The notes beneath the pieces are model-generated. The model searched no databases, was not told the origin of the DNA, and saw only the letters and a program-made list of their open reading frames with translations. Both the position numbers and the translations under genes were made by a program. Below, in pieces: positions 32,731-43,364 of a stretch of 64,000 nt of DNA. Source of the DNA: an uncultured Actinomycetes bacterium (GTDB taxonomy: Bacteria; Actinomycetota; Actinomycetes; S36-B12; CAIYMF01); contig CAVONS010000001.1 in assembly GCA_963697345.1 (NCBI GenBank), positions 15,580-79,579 on the forward strand, read 5' to 3'. Positions within the stretch are counted from its first letter, which is position 1. Each line of letters begins with the position of its first letter.

Positions 32731-33722
32731 ACGATGAGTCGAAGCCGGGCGCACCGCCCCCCGATGCCCTCACCGGCCTCCCTGCGCCGCCGGCCCAGCC
32801 AGATGCGGGCTTCCACAGGCGACCCGTGCTGGGCTACGTCCTGTACCTCAGCGGGGCGTTGCTGTTCGGGATCAACGGCACGGTCAGCAAGGTCCTGCTC
32901 ACGTCCGTCGATGACGCGGCCAGGGTGTCGCAGCTGCGCGTCTCGTTCGCGTTCCTGATCCTGCTGGTCATCGTCGCGCTGGCCAACCCCCGCTCACTGC
33001 CCCTGCGTCGCCACGAGATCGGGCCGGTCGCTGCCTACGGCATCCTGGGCGTGTCCCTGACGCAGTGGCTCTACTTCGTCGCGTTGACCCGGATGCCCAT
33101 CGGGATCGCCCTGCTCATCGAGTTCACCGCCCCGATCATGGTCGTCCTGTGGGTGCGCTACGGATGGCACCGACCCGTGCGCAACACGGTGTGGCTCGGC
33201 CTGGCGCTGGCCCTCGTCGGGCTGGGCATGGTGGCGCAGGTGTGGCTCGGGCTGACCCTGGACTCCCTGGGGGTGGCCGCGGCCTTCGGCGCCGCTGCGG
33301 CGCTCGCGGTCTACTACCTGCTGGGCGAGACCTGCAGCAGGGACCGCGACCCCGTCTCGCTGACGCTCTGGGGGTTCGGCTTCGCCGCGCTGATGTGGGC
33401 CGTGGTGCAGCCCTGGTGGAGCTTCCCGTGGCAGGCCCTGGAGGGCTCCGCGAGCCCCCTGGGCGAGGACACGGCCACCGTTCCCCTGTGGGGGCTGGCC
33501 GCCTGGATGGTCGTGCTGGGCACGATCGCGCCCTTCTGGCTGGTCCTGGCCGCGATCCGGCACATCGGTGCTGCTGGGGCAAGCATCATCGGGATGACCG
33601 AGCCGTTCATCGCCGCGCTGGTCGCCTGGGTGGTCCTCGATGAGGTGCTGACCCCGGCACAGCTGCTCGGCGGCGCCGTCATCCTGACCGGCGTGGTGAT
33701 CGCGGAGCGCGCGCGGGGCTGA
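32727..33722 (+). CDS. EamA/DMT-family transporter
   Basis: About 10 hydrophobic helices in two EamA-like halves. The GTG start overlaps the upstream stop (GTGA). Confidence 0.8.
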   Translation: MNDESKPGAPPPDALTGLPAPPAQPDAGFHRRPVLGYVLYLSGALLFGINGTVSKVLLTSVDDAARVSQLRVSFAFLILLVIVALANPRSLPLRRHEIGPVAAYGILGVSLTQWLYFVALTRMPIGIALLIEFTAPIMVVLWVRYGWHRPVRNTVWLGLALALVGLGMVAQVWLGLTLDSLGVAAAFGAAAALAVYYLLGETCSRDRDPVSLTLWGFGFAALMWAVVQPWWSFPWQALEGSASPLGEDTATVPLWGLAAWMVVLGTIAPFWLVLAAIRHIGAAGASIIGMTEPFIAALVAWVVLDEVLTPAQLLGGAVILTGVVIAERARG

Positions 33723-33747
33723 ACCCCCGCCCAGGTGAAGCCGCTGG

Positions 33748-34944
33748 TCACTCCGCCTTGAACTGCTTGACGAACTGCCTGATCTGCTTGTCGTAGGCCT
33801 CCGGGTCCACGTTCCACGACAGGACGTGGTCGGCGCCGTCCACCACGACGTACGTGCCGTCCTTGCCCGCGATCCGCATGAAACGATCGTTGACCGCCAG
33901 GGGCACGGTCTGGTCGTCGGCGCCCTGGAACACCAGCAGCGGCACGTCGACCAGCCCCTCCTTGCCGGAGTAGTCGATGGCGGAGAAGTCCACGCCGTAG
34001 CGGAACGCGACGGCCATCTTGGCCGCGTCCTCCAGGGACTCCGGGATCGGCAGGTCACCGACCGGCAGGGTGCGGTACTCGGCCGCCTCATCGACGACGT
34101 CCTCGAAGCTCGACGCCGGTGAGTCGAGGATGACCCCGTCCACCCGGCGGGCGAGCACGCCCCGCTCGAGGAAGCCCAGGGTCACCGCGCCTCCGTGGCT
34201 GGCGCCACCCAGCACGACGATCCGCGCGCCCTCGTCCTCGGCGTACTGCACGGCCGCCTCGAGCTCCTGCCACTCGGTGCGCCCGAAGTGCACCATCCCG
34301 TCCTCATACTCGGGGGCTCCGACGTCGCCGGTGTAGGTGATGATCAGCACGGTGAAGTCCGCCTTGATCAGGGCGCGCGACATCCGCAGCATCTCCGAGC
34401 GCGATGCGCCCTTGCCGTGCGTGAGGATCGCCCACTTGTCGGAGTCCTCGGCCGTGATCTGCCATGCCGGGAAGACCCGGCCGTCCGGCGTGCTGATGTC
34501 CACGTACTCCGGGTCCAGGCCCGCCTGCTCGGGGGAGAGCCACACGTCGCGGGTCAACCCGTAGCGGTCCCCGACGCGCGGACCATCACCGACGACGTCG
34601 ATCACCGGTCGGGTCTCGGCACCGTCGGCGCCCGCCACTGCTGGGCCGACGACCAGCAGGGACTCGCCGATGGCCACACCCATCACCGCATCGTCGAACT
34701 TCGTCTCAGCCCGGTACTGCTCGTCGGGCAGGATCGTGATCGTGGGGTCCTCACCCGTGGCGTCATAGGCCTGCACGGTTCCGCCCTGCAGGTTGGCCGG
34801 GTCGTACGGCTCGGACTTCAGGGCGTCGGCGTACACCTGGCCGGAGAAGTACCAGGCACCCCCGACGTAGAACACCGCAACCAGGGCGATCGCCGTGAAC
34901 AGGATGGCCCACGGCCAACGACGACGTGTGCGCGATCGGGTCAT
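33748..34944 (-). CDS. Membrane-anchored alpha/beta hydrolase (S9/dienelactone-hydrolase-like)
   Basis: N-terminal TM helix WPWAILFTAIALVAVFYVGGAWYF. VVLGGASHGGAVTLGF elbow. ILTHGKGASR. Confidence 0.8.
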   Translation of the reverse strand: MTRSRTRRRWPWAILFTAIALVAVFYVGGAWYFSGQVYADALKSEPYDPANLQGGTVQAYDATGEDPTITILPDEQYRAETKFDDAVMGVAIGESLLVVGPAVAGADGAETRPVIDVVGDGPRVGDRYGLTRDVWLSPEQAGLDPEYVDISTPDGRVFPAWQITAEDSDKWAILTHGKGASRSEMLRMSRALIKADFTVLIITYTGDVGAPEYEDGMVHFGRTEWQELEAAVQYAEDEGARIVVLGGASHGGAVTLGFLERGVLARRVDGVILDSPASSFEDVVDEAAEYRTLPVGDLPIPESLEDAAKMAVAFRYGVDFSAIDYSGKEGLVDVPLLVFQGADDQTVPLAVNDRFMRIAGKDGTYVVVDGADHVLSWNVDPEAYDKQIRQFVKQFKAE

Positions 34945-35025
34945 GACAGGACTATCCCAGATCGCTCCCGGCGGAGCAGTCCGTCAGGACCCGCGTGGTC
35001 CGGCGACCAACCAGGCACCGGCACG

Positions 35026-38025
35026 TCAGGCTGTCGCCTCGGCCTCGGTCGCGGCCGCGGAGGCCTCGTCGGACGGGACCTCCTCAGCCGGCGGGTCCGC
35101 TGGAACCTCTCCCTCGACAGGAGCCTCCGCCGCCGTCTCGCCACTGATCCGGCGCTGCGCGGCAGCCGCCCTGTTCAGGGCCGCCTCCAGGTCAGCCTGC
35201 GCCCGGCCGTAGGCGGTGAAGTTCCCCGAGGCCAGGGCTTCCACTCCGCGGTCGTAGGCAGCCTGTGCATCGATGATCGCCTTGGCCAGGTCGGCCTGGG
35301 CGTCATCGGTGGGTTCTGAGGCTCCGTCCCCACCATCCGTTCCACCCTCACCTGAGCCGGACCCGCGACCGGAGTCACCCTCGGAGAAGACGGTGGCCAG
35401 GGCCTCACCCAGGGTGTTGCTCAGCACCGTCGAATCGCCGAAGCTCACCAGCACCTTGCGCAGCAGGGGGTAGCCCTGGCCCTGCGCGGCGCGAACATAG
35501 ACCGGCTCGACGTAGAGCAGCCCACCGCTGACCGGCAGCGACAGCAGGTTGCCGAACTCCACATCGGCGCCACCACGGCGCAGCAGGGTGAGCTGCTCGG
35601 CGATCGAGGGCTCGGACTCGAAGTTGTTCTGCACCTGGGTCGGTCCGGGCACAGTGGTGTTCCGTGGCAGCTGCAGCACGCGGATCGTCCCGTAGGTCGG
35701 CCCCGGGGCGGAGTCGACCGCCATGAACGCTGCCAGGGTCTGGCGTTTCAAGGGGGCGAACGTGGTGGTCAGCGAGAACTTCGGCTCGACGGTCCCGGGC
35801 ATCCGCAGCGTCAGGTAGTAGGGCGGCTGCAACGCGTTGACCGTCCGGTTCGTCGGATCGATCGGGATGGTCCAGAAGTCCTGGCCGTTGTAGAAGCTGG
35901 CCGGGTCCTCCACGTGGTAGCGCGAGAGGATCGTGCGCTGGACCTTGAAGAGGTCCTCGGGGTAGCGGAAGTGCGCCACGAGCTCCTCGGGGGCCTCGGA
36001 CAGGGCGGTGACCGTGTTGTCGAAGGCCTTGGTCCACGTGGTCAGGACCGGATCCTCAGGGTCCCAGGCGTACAGCGTGACAGTGCCGTCATAGGCGTCC
36101 ACCACGGCCTTGACCGAGTTGCGCAGGTAGTTGATCCGCTCGCTGGGCAGGGTCGCCACCGAGCTGGAGGTCGCGGTGATCGCGTCGGTCGTGGCGTCCT
36201 TGAGCGTCGTGCGCGACGAGTACGGGTAGGCATTGGTCGTCGTGTACCCGTCGATGATCCACAGGACGCGACCACCGACCACCACCGGGTACGGGTCGCC
36301 GTCGGTGGTCAACCAGGGCGCCACCTTCGCCACACGGGTCTGGGGCTCGCGGTCGAACAGGATCCGGGACTCGGAGTTCACCAGCGAGCTCAGGATGATG
36401 TTGGGGTCCTGCATCCGCGCGGCGAAGAGCAGCTTGTTGAAGAAGCTGCCCACCGGCACGCCGCCGGAGCCGTCGTAGGTGTTGTTCTTCTGGCCGGTGG
36501 CCGACTGGTCGTCGGGGAAGTCGAGCTCGCGCGGCTCGGTACCCTCCGGCGCACCCACGATGGAGTAGTCCGGGGACGAGGCGCCGAAGTAGATCCGGGG
36601 CTGGTCGATCTCGAGCTCACCGATCGTGGGGATGTCGGAGGCGAAGAAGTCCGGGCGGCCATCGGTGCCCGCGGTGTTGTCGTAGGCCGCGACCACGCCG
36701 TAGCCGTGTGTGTAGACAGCGTGGTCGTTGGCCCAGTTGCGCTCGCCGACCCCGTCGAGGTCGACCTCGCGCACGGCGATCACCGCGCCGCGGGTGCCAC
36801 CCTCGAGGGCGTAGCGGTCCACGTCCAGGATGTCGGGGAACGAGTAGAAGCCACGGATCTGCTGCAGCTGGCGGTACGTCGGGGACACCACGGCTGGGTC
36901 CAGCAGGCGGATGTTGTTCAGGGTGCCGGCGTCCTCCTTGAGGGTGTCGGCACTCGGATCACCCTCGCCCGAGTAGTCCTCGAACTGCGCGTCGGCCAGC
37001 CCGTAGGCGGCCCGTGTGGCCTCGATGTTGCGCTTGATGTACTCCTGCTCGCGGACCAGCTCGGAGGGCTTGACCTGGAACTGCTGGACGATCGCCGGAT
37101 AGATCCCGCCGATGACCAGGGCGGAGACGGCCAGCAGGCCGGTGCCGACCAGGGGCAGGATCCAGCCCTGGCGGAACGCATTGGCGAAGAAGAGCACGGC
37201 ACAGACCAGGGCGATCACGACAAGGATGTTCTTGGCCGGCAGGACCGCGTTCACGTCGCGGTACTTCAGCCCGGTGAAGCCGTCGACGAGCTGCTCGGAC
37301 TTCACCGCCAGTCCGTAGCGGTCCAGCCAGTAGCCGACCGCCTTGAGCAGCATGAACAACCCGCCCAGGATCGACAGCTGCACGTGAGCCGCCCGGCTGG
37401 TCCGCGGGGTTGGGCCCTGCAGGCGCAGCCCGCCGTACACATAGTGGGTGACTGCGGCCATGAGCAGGCACAGGATCAGCACCGCCACGCCGAAGCCCAG
37501 GAGGAAGCGCAGGAACGGGTACTCGAAGGCGAAGAACCCGATGTCGGTGTTGAACTGCGGGTCGGTCTCGCCGAAGGGTGTGCCGTTGCGGAAGGCGAGG
37601 AACTCCCGCCACTGGGCCGAGGCGGACATGCCTGCCATCACGCCGAACATGGTCGGCACGCCCACGAGGATGAGCGTGTGGAAGGGCTCCAGGCTGGCGC
37701 GGTAGCGCTCGAGGGAGACCTGCTCCGCGGACATCACACCCAGCTCGGGGCGGCTGCGGAAGGCGATCAGCATCGTGACGCCGATGGCCGTGGCCATGAT
37801 CAGGCCGAAGACGAGGAACAGCCCCAACTGCGTGACCAACAACGTGGTGAACACGGACTGCTTGTCCACCGACGCGTACCAGAGGTAGTCGGTGTAGAAG
37901 GTCGTGAACACCAGGAACGCGATGCCGAGCACGCCGAGGATGATCAGCGTGGGCACCAGCGGCCCGGAACGTTGCGGCGAGGACTGCGGCCGGGGGCGGG
38001 TGGTGGTCGGGGGTTCGAAGCTCAC
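35026..38025 (-). CDS. UPF0182-family large membrane protein (Rv3193c-like)
   Basis: 999 aa. N-terminal multi-TM block (FTTFYTDYLWYASV...) and a large extracytoplasmic domain. Gly/Ser/Asp/Ala-rich C-terminal tail. Confidence 0.9.
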   Translation of the reverse strand: MSFEPPTTTRPRPQSSPQRSGPLVPTLIILGVLGIAFLVFTTFYTDYLWYASVDKQSVFTTLLVTQLGLFLVFGLIMATAIGVTMLIAFRSRPELGVMSAEQVSLERYRASLEPFHTLILVGVPTMFGVMAGMSASAQWREFLAFRNGTPFGETDPQFNTDIGFFAFEYPFLRFLLGFGVAVLILCLLMAAVTHYVYGGLRLQGPTPRTSRAAHVQLSILGGLFMLLKAVGYWLDRYGLAVKSEQLVDGFTGLKYRDVNAVLPAKNILVVIALVCAVLFFANAFRQGWILPLVGTGLLAVSALVIGGIYPAIVQQFQVKPSELVREQEYIKRNIEATRAAYGLADAQFEDYSGEGDPSADTLKEDAGTLNNIRLLDPAVVSPTYRQLQQIRGFYSFPDILDVDRYALEGGTRGAVIAVREVDLDGVGERNWANDHAVYTHGYGVVAAYDNTAGTDGRPDFFASDIPTIGELEIDQPRIYFGASSPDYSIVGAPEGTEPRELDFPDDQSATGQKNNTYDGSGGVPVGSFFNKLLFAARMQDPNIILSSLVNSESRILFDREPQTRVAKVAPWLTTDGDPYPVVVGGRVLWIIDGYTTTNAYPYSSRTTLKDATTDAITATSSSVATLPSERINYLRNSVKAVVDAYDGTVTLYAWDPEDPVLTTWTKAFDNTVTALSEAPEELVAHFRYPEDLFKVQRTILSRYHVEDPASFYNGQDFWTIPIDPTNRTVNALQPPYYLTLRMPGTVEPKFSLTTTFAPLKRQTLAAFMAVDSAPGPTYGTIRVLQLPRNTTVPGPTQVQNNFESEPSIAEQLTLLRRGGADVEFGNLLSLPVSGGLLYVEPVYVRAAQGQGYPLLRKVLVSFGDSTVLSNTLGEALATVFSEGDSGRGSGSGEGGTDGGDGASEPTDDAQADLAKAIIDAQAAYDRGVEALASGNFTAYGRAQADLEAALNRAAAAQRRISGETAAEAPVEGEVPADPPAEEVPSDEASAAATEAEATA

Positions 38026-38161
38026 GGGTACAAAACTACCTGTATGTGGCGTATCCCACTCCCGCGGACTGCTGGAGCACGCACGCCACGGCCCGCGCCC
38101 TTACACACTCCGAGCGCTCCACCGACCCCCGCGCTGACCTGACCGGCCGCCGGGATGCAGG

Positions 38162-38935
38162 GTGGCCTCACACCAGGGGCGCACCGCTGCCCGGGCCTAC
38201 CCTGTCCCTGTGGAACCCCGGACCCGACGGCGCGTGTGGTGGGCGCTGGGCATCCTCGGGGCCACGCTCCTGGTCATCGTGGGGATCCTGGTCACCTTCG
38301 CAGTGCAGCTCAGCGGCGGCTGGGACGAGGTCCTGGACCGTACGCACCCCCGACCCGGCGATCCCGAGGTGGTCGCGGCGCGCGAGGCGGCAGCCGCGGA
38401 GGTCGACGCCGAGATCGTCCGGGTGATCGACGAGGTGGTCACCCCGACGCTGTCGGGCGCTCGGGTCGCTGAGGCTCCCGCAGTCGGCGCGGCGATGGCG
38501 CCCCTGCCCGACGCCGATGTCCGCAGCGACGCGCAGGGCTCGGCATGTGTGATCGGCCAGCACGACTGGAAGAGGGACGACGGCTTCGACCTGGCCTGCA
38601 CCGAGATCCGCGGCGGAGTCGTGGCCGCACAGCAGCAGCCCTTCGTCGACGACATGGTGGCCCTCGACGCCGCCCTGGCCACAGACGGCTACACCCCCGC
38701 GGGTACGGGCGAGGGACTTGCCCTCCCTCTCGAGTACTGGCAGAGCCTCGCCGGCACCCCCGCAGGCGACGGCGAGTACGGGATCGCCAACCTGCCCGGG
38801 GCCACGTACCGCAGCGCCGATGAGACGTTCACGCTCGTCGTCTCGTTCGGCCCACGCGACACCGGCGCAGTCACGCTGACCGGGGACGAGTACCTGGCCG
38901 AGATCATCGTGAGCACGCAGTCCTACCGCGACTGA
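38162..38935 (+). CDS. Hypothetical single-pass membrane protein
   Basis: RRRVWWALGILGATLLVIVGILVTFAV TM helix. GC3-rich frame. The GTG start at 38162 is uncertain. Confidence 0.65.
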   Translation: MASHQGRTAARAYPVPVEPRTRRRVWWALGILGATLLVIVGILVTFAVQLSGGWDEVLDRTHPRPGDPEVVAAREAAAAEVDAEIVRVIDEVVTPTLSGARVAEAPAVGAAMAPLPDADVRSDAQGSACVIGQHDWKRDDGFDLACTEIRGGVVAAQQQPFVDDMVALDAALATDGYTPAGTGEGLALPLEYWQSLAGTPAGDGEYGIANLPGATYRSADETFTLVVSFGPRDTGAVTLTGDEYLAEIIVSTQSYRD

Positions 38936-39013
38936 TCCGTCGTCGCGAGCGAGCCCGCGCCCATGGGCGCCCGCCCTTCGCGCGCACCCGGCGACGGCTG
39001 AGACAATGCCGCC

Positions 39014-39559
39014 ATGGAATCCCAGGACCTGCTCTCCGCGGCGCTGGACATCGAGCGCCACGTCGCCTCGCAGGGCTGGGACCAGCCGGCGCTGCTGTTC
39101 GCCCTGGTCCCCACCGACGTCCTGCGCGCCGAGCAGCCCCAGCTCGCTGCCCAGCTCGGGGTCGAGGACGGCGGACCGGCGCTGACGACCTTCGAACAGC
39201 CCGCACCTCCCGACGATGAGGACCTCGACGTCTTCCTGGCCCGGATCGAGTGGCCGGAGCAGATCGCCGGGGCCGCGCTCGTGGTCGAGCGCATCGTCCT
39301 GCCCCCCGAGGCCGAAGCCGAGCTGGCCGATCGCCCGGATGCCGTGACGGTCGCCCGCGAGCACCCCGATGCGCAGGACATGCGGATCGTCGTGGCGGTC
39401 ATGAAGGACGGACAGCAGATGAGCGTCCTGCGGCTGCGCGGATCCCAGGACGGCCCCGCTGACGGCTCCGACGGCTCCGGGACCTCCGACGACCAGGTGC
39501 TCACCGGGTCCGACCTCGTGCCGGGCCTCTCCGAAGCGCTGCTGGCAACGTTCGGCTAG
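39014..39559 (+). CDS. Conserved actinobacterial protein (PPA1309-like)
   Basis: MESQDLLSAALDIERHVASQGWDQPALLFALVPT... This family is typically found next to UPF0182 and the PDZ/Lon-like protease. Confidence 0.7.
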   Translation: MESQDLLSAALDIERHVASQGWDQPALLFALVPTDVLRAEQPQLAAQLGVEDGGPALTTFEQPAPPDDEDLDVFLARIEWPEQIAGAALVVERIVLPPEAEAELADRPDAVTVAREHPDAQDMRIVVAVMKDGQQMSVLRLRGSQDGPADGSDGSGTSDDQVLTGSDLVPGLSEALLATFG

Positions 39560-39574
39560 GTAGTCCGGGGCGGG

Positions 39575-40915
39575 TCAGCGCCCGGCGGCCGCGATCCCGT
39601 CCCCGCACTGCGGGAACTCGGCCTCGGGATCGGCGACCCAGGCCTCGACCGTGTCGCGCGCCTCACCCAGCGTGCTGACCGGGATCACTGTCAGCCCGTC
39701 GGGGATGTTGCCCTCGACGTCGTCGCAGTTGTCCTGCGGGGCCACGAACAGCGCCGCCCCAGCCTTCTTGGCCCCCACCAGCTTCTGCTGGATCCCGCCG
39801 ATCGGGCCCACGTTGCCGGCGGGATCGATGGTTCCGGTGCCGGCCACGTGCTGGCCGCCGTTGAGCTGCTCCTCGGTGAGCATGTCGATGATCCCCAGCG
39901 AGAACATCATCCCGGCGCTCGGCCCACCCACGTTGGAGTCGCCGAACTCGATGTCGAAGGGCGCCTGGTAGGCGATGCCGACCAGGATCCCCAGGTAGGC
40001 CTGCGGTGGGGCACCGGGATTGTCAGCCTCCGCCGTGGGGTTGACCTCGGTCACGATCTCGAGGGTCTCGGGCGTCGGGTCGGCGCCGGGCTCCTCGCTG
40101 CGCAGGACCTCCAGCACGACGGTGTCGCCGACCGCTCGCTCACGCACCAGCTCGCCCACCTCGGCCGGGGTGCTGACCTCCTGGCCATCGACGGTCAGGA
40201 TCTGGTCACCGGCCTGCACGATCCCGTCCGCGGGCGATCCCCCGCCCACGAGCGTCACGACGACCGCTTCCTCGGTCGGGATGCCCAACTCGTTCATCGC
40301 CGCGGCGATGGAGTCCGACTGGGACAGGGCGAACAACTGGTCGTTGCGCTCGGCCACCTGCTCCCCCGTCGTCTCCGGACCGTAGATCGACTCCCGCGGG
40401 AACACCGCCCGGCCAGGGGCAGCCCAGCCGAGCAACGCCTCCCCGAGGTAGACCCCGCCGGAGGATCCGCCCCGCTCGGAGATCGTGGTCATGTCCAGTT
40501 CGCCGGATGTCGGATACGTGGTGGTGCCGCTGATGGTGATCAGCGGCTCGCCGTTCGCCTCGCCGATCGTGTTGTAGGTCGGGCCCGGGCTCAGGATCAG
40601 CAGCGGGAGCTTGACCATGGAGCCGGCGACCACCAGGACCATGCCGACGACCACCCCCCGTCGGATCGCCCGCGAGCGCGCACGCTCCCGCGGCGTGCGG
40701 GGCGGCAGCCCGCCCCACCACAGCGTCACGCGGTCCCACCACCCGATCTCCACGGCGTCATCAGGCTGGGCGACGATGAAGGACTCAATCCGTCCGGGCT
40801 CGACTGGTCCGGGCTCGACGGTGCCGGGCTCGACCGGTCCGGGCTCGGCCGCGTCTGGCTCCGGCGGCAGGGTTCCGGGATCGTCGCCGGGCGCTGCCTG
40901 GTCGCTGTGGGTCAT
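39575..40915 (-). CDS. PDZ-domain Lon-like (S16) serine protease, membrane-anchored (Rv3194c-like)
   Basis: TM helix VVVGMVLVVAGSMV, PDZ region (GDQILTVDGQEV), Lon catalytic-domain motif GGPSAGMMFSLGIIDML. Confidence 0.88.
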   Translation of the reverse strand: MTHSDQAAPGDDPGTLPPEPDAAEPGPVEPGTVEPGPVEPGRIESFIVAQPDDAVEIGWWDRVTLWWGGLPPRTPRERARSRAIRRGVVVGMVLVVAGSMVKLPLLILSPGPTYNTIGEANGEPLITISGTTTYPTSGELDMTTISERGGSSGGVYLGEALLGWAAPGRAVFPRESIYGPETTGEQVAERNDQLFALSQSDSIAAAMNELGIPTEEAVVVTLVGGGSPADGIVQAGDQILTVDGQEVSTPAEVGELVRERAVGDTVVLEVLRSEEPGADPTPETLEIVTEVNPTAEADNPGAPPQAYLGILVGIAYQAPFDIEFGDSNVGGPSAGMMFSLGIIDMLTEEQLNGGQHVAGTGTIDPAGNVGPIGGIQQKLVGAKKAGAALFVAPQDNCDDVEGNIPDGLTVIPVSTLGEARDTVEAWVADPEAEFPQCGDGIAAAGR

Positions 40916-41091
40916 GCACGGCTGCCCGGGAACGGCCGGCGCAGTGCGTCGGCGAACCGGGCAAGGTCACGTTGGTCCGCTGCTGATCCGGGCTCGGGCC
41001 GTGGCCGCACGCGACCACCCCACGATCCGGCCACACGTGTGTAGGCCCACGCCAGCAGGGTGGCGACCACCGGGATGATCCACCAGAGCAT
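40912..41091 (-). CDS. Small (59 aa) membrane protein upstream of the PDZ protease
   Basis: ATG 41091 after GGAGAGGAGG. MLWWIIPVVATLLAWAYTRV helix. The stop overlaps the PDZ protease start. Below the ORF-track length cutoff when counted from this start. Confidence 0.55.
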   Translation of the reverse strand: MLWWIIPVVATLLAWAYTRVAGSWGGRVRPRPEPGSAADQRDLARFADALRRPFPGSRA

Positions 41092-41309
41092 GTCGCCTCC
41101 TCTCCGCAGGCCTGTCCGATGACGTGGCAGGGAGATGAGCGTACCTTCCGCAATGACGGTGCGACGGCCGTGCCGGACACGGTTTACCGGACCCGAACCG
41201 GGGTAGGTGGGCGCTGCCAGGAGGGCCGGCGCCCAGCACGTGAGCGACCACGCGCCTAGGCTGGTTCCCGTGGCCGACATGATCGGCCCACGACAGGAAG
41301 GCACGACCC

Positions 41310-42782
41310 ATGAGCAACGTCCCCTTCGGCTTCACACCTCCGGATCCGGACGACCAGGGCCAGCCACAGAACCCGTTCAACATGGGCGACCTGGGCTCAG
41401 CCCTGTCCCAGCTCGGAGCCATGCTCCAGGGCATGTCCAGCGACGCGAACCCGGGCGCGGTCAACTGGGACAACGCCACCGACATCGCGCGCAAGGCGAT
41501 CGCCGCCGAGGGCGACCCCGTGGTCAGCGACTCCCAGCGCCGAGGTGTCGAGGAGGCGGTCCGTCTGGCCGACCTGTGGCTCGACCCCGCGACCGACTTC
41601 CCCTCCACCGGATCCGGCGCTCGCGCGTGGAGCCGCTCCCAGTGGCTCGAGGGCACCATGCCCGCGTGGCAGGTGATCATCACGCCCGTGGCCGAGTCGG
41701 TGCAGGCCTCGATGGGCACGATGATGCCCAAGCCCGAGGACCTCGCCAGCGGGTTGCCCGAGGAGCTGCGGGCGATGCTGCCCGCGGACATGCCCGTCGA
41801 CCTGACCGCGATGCTCGGGCCGATGATGGGCATGGTCAAGCAGATGGGCGCCACGATGTTCGCCGCACAGGCCGGACAGGGCCTGGCCGGCCTCGCCGGT
41901 GAGGTGCTCGGCGCCGGTGACGTGGGCCTGCCCCTGACCTCCGATGGCATCCCGACATTGCTGCCCGAGAACGTGGCGGCCTTCGGCGGCGGGCTGGAGA
42001 TCGAGCCCGGCGAGATCGCGCTCTTCCTGGCCCTGCGCGAGGTCGCCCACCAGCGGCTGTTCGCGCATGTGGCCTGGTTGGGCCCGACCCTGCGCGGCGC
42101 CGTCGCCGAGTACGCCGCGGGCATCGGCCTGGACTCCAGCGCCATGGAGGAGGCCCTGCGCGACATCGACATGACCAACCCGGCCAACCTCCAGGACGCG
42201 CTGGCCTCCGGCGTGCTGGCCCCCCAGGACACCCCGGAGCAGAAGGCTGCGCTCGCGCGCCTGGAGACGCTGCTGGCACTCGTCGAGGGATGGGTCGACC
42301 ACGTGGTGTCGGCAGCCATCGGGGACCGACTGCCGACCGCCGGCAAGCTGCAGGAAGCGGTTCGTCGCCGCCGCGCGGTCGGCGGGCCTGCGGAGAAGAC
42401 GTTCCAGACCCTCGTCGGCCTGGAGATGCGACCACGACGGCTGCGTGACGCCGCCGCCCTCTGGCACGAGCTCGAGCGGGTGCGCGGGGTCGCCGGTCGC
42501 GATGCCGTCTGGGCCCACCCGGACCTCCTGCCCGGCCCCGCCGACCTCGACGATCCCTCCACCTTCGTCTCCGGATCGTCGATCTCCGATGACGAGCTGG
42601 CGGCCATCGCCTCCGGGGAGTTCCCGACCCAGTCGGCCCCGGAGGACAGCGAGCAGGCTGGTCCTGAGGACGTGTCGGACGACGACGGGGCAACAGCCAG
42701 CGGCACGGCCGACGAGGACGCGTCCGATGCCACGGAGCCGGGCGACACCGACGAGTCCGGCAAGCCCGACACCGCGGGATGA
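41310..42782 (+). CDS. DUF2342-family putative zinc metalloprotease (Rv3195-like)
   Basis: MSNVPFGFTPPDPDD...NWDNATDIARKAI...LALREVAHQRLFAHVAWL. Acidic C-terminal tail. Confidence 0.85.
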   Translation: MSNVPFGFTPPDPDDQGQPQNPFNMGDLGSALSQLGAMLQGMSSDANPGAVNWDNATDIARKAIAAEGDPVVSDSQRRGVEEAVRLADLWLDPATDFPSTGSGARAWSRSQWLEGTMPAWQVIITPVAESVQASMGTMMPKPEDLASGLPEELRAMLPADMPVDLTAMLGPMMGMVKQMGATMFAAQAGQGLAGLAGEVLGAGDVGLPLTSDGIPTLLPENVAAFGGGLEIEPGEIALFLALREVAHQRLFAHVAWLGPTLRGAVAEYAAGIGLDSSAMEEALRDIDMTNPANLQDALASGVLAPQDTPEQKAALARLETLLALVEGWVDHVVSAAIGDRLPTAGKLQEAVRRRRAVGGPAEKTFQTLVGLEMRPRRLRDAAALWHELERVRGVAGRDAVWAHPDLLPGPADLDDPSTFVSGSSISDDELAAIASGEFPTQSAPEDSEQAGPEDVSDDDGATASGTADEDASDATEPGDTDESGKPDTAG

Positions 42783-43354
42783 CACCCGCCCCGAACGCCC
42801 TCCTCGATGACGCCCGGGCAGTGCTGTCCGGGTGGAGTGCGCCGGACCAGGCGCAGGAGGAGATGCGACTGCGCTATGTGTCGTTCCTGGACGCGTACCC
42901 GCAGCAGGCCGCTGACCGGGACCTGCGCGCCGGGCACCTCACCGCCAGCACCCTGGTGCTCGACGACACCCGTGAGCACGTGCTGCTGACGCTGCACCCA
43001 CTGTCAGGCCGGTGGTTCCAGCTGGGCGGCCATGTCGAGCCGGGCGACGAGACTCTGGCTGGTGCGGCCCTGCGCGAGGCCACGGAGGAGTCCGGGATCC
43101 AGGACCTGGACCTGCACGCGACCCCGATCGGGCTGGACTGGCACCCGACACGCTGCCGGGACAGCGCCAGGACCCTGGGCCCCAGCAGTCACCTGGACGT
43201 CGAGTACGTGGCGGTGGCCCCTGCGGGCGCGACGCACGTGCGCAGTGACGAGTCCCTGGACCTTGCGTGGTTCGCGCTGAACGGGCTGCCGGACGGCACT
43301 GACGAGGTCGTGCGGTCACTGATCCGCCGGACCGGGTACCTCGACCTGGCCTGA
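42779..43354 (+). CDS. NUDIX hydrolase
   Basis: NUDIX box GGHVEPGDETLAGAALREATEESGI. The ATG overlaps the upstream stop (ATGA). Confidence 0.88.
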   Translation: MTPAPNALLDDARAVLSGWSAPDQAQEEMRLRYVSFLDAYPQQAADRDLRAGHLTASTLVLDDTREHVLLTLHPLSGRWFQLGGHVEPGDETLAGAALREATEESGIQDLDLHATPIGLDWHPTRCRDSARTLGPSSHLDVEYVAVAPAGATHVRSDESLDLAWFALNGLPDGTDEVVRSLIRRTGYLDLA

Positions 43355-43364
43355 ACGACCGCGC

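Noticed and set aside
35914-38142. 742-aa plus-strand ORF
   Set aside because: It is antisense to the UPF0182 gene, which has clear TM and family features. Its composition (Arg/Gly/Val/Asp/His) is typical of a shadow frame.
40967-42997. 676-aa minus-strand ORF
   Set aside because: It is antisense to the recognisable DUF2342 metalloprotease and NUDIX genes. It has a Ser/Arg/Pro/Ala-rich low-complexity translation.
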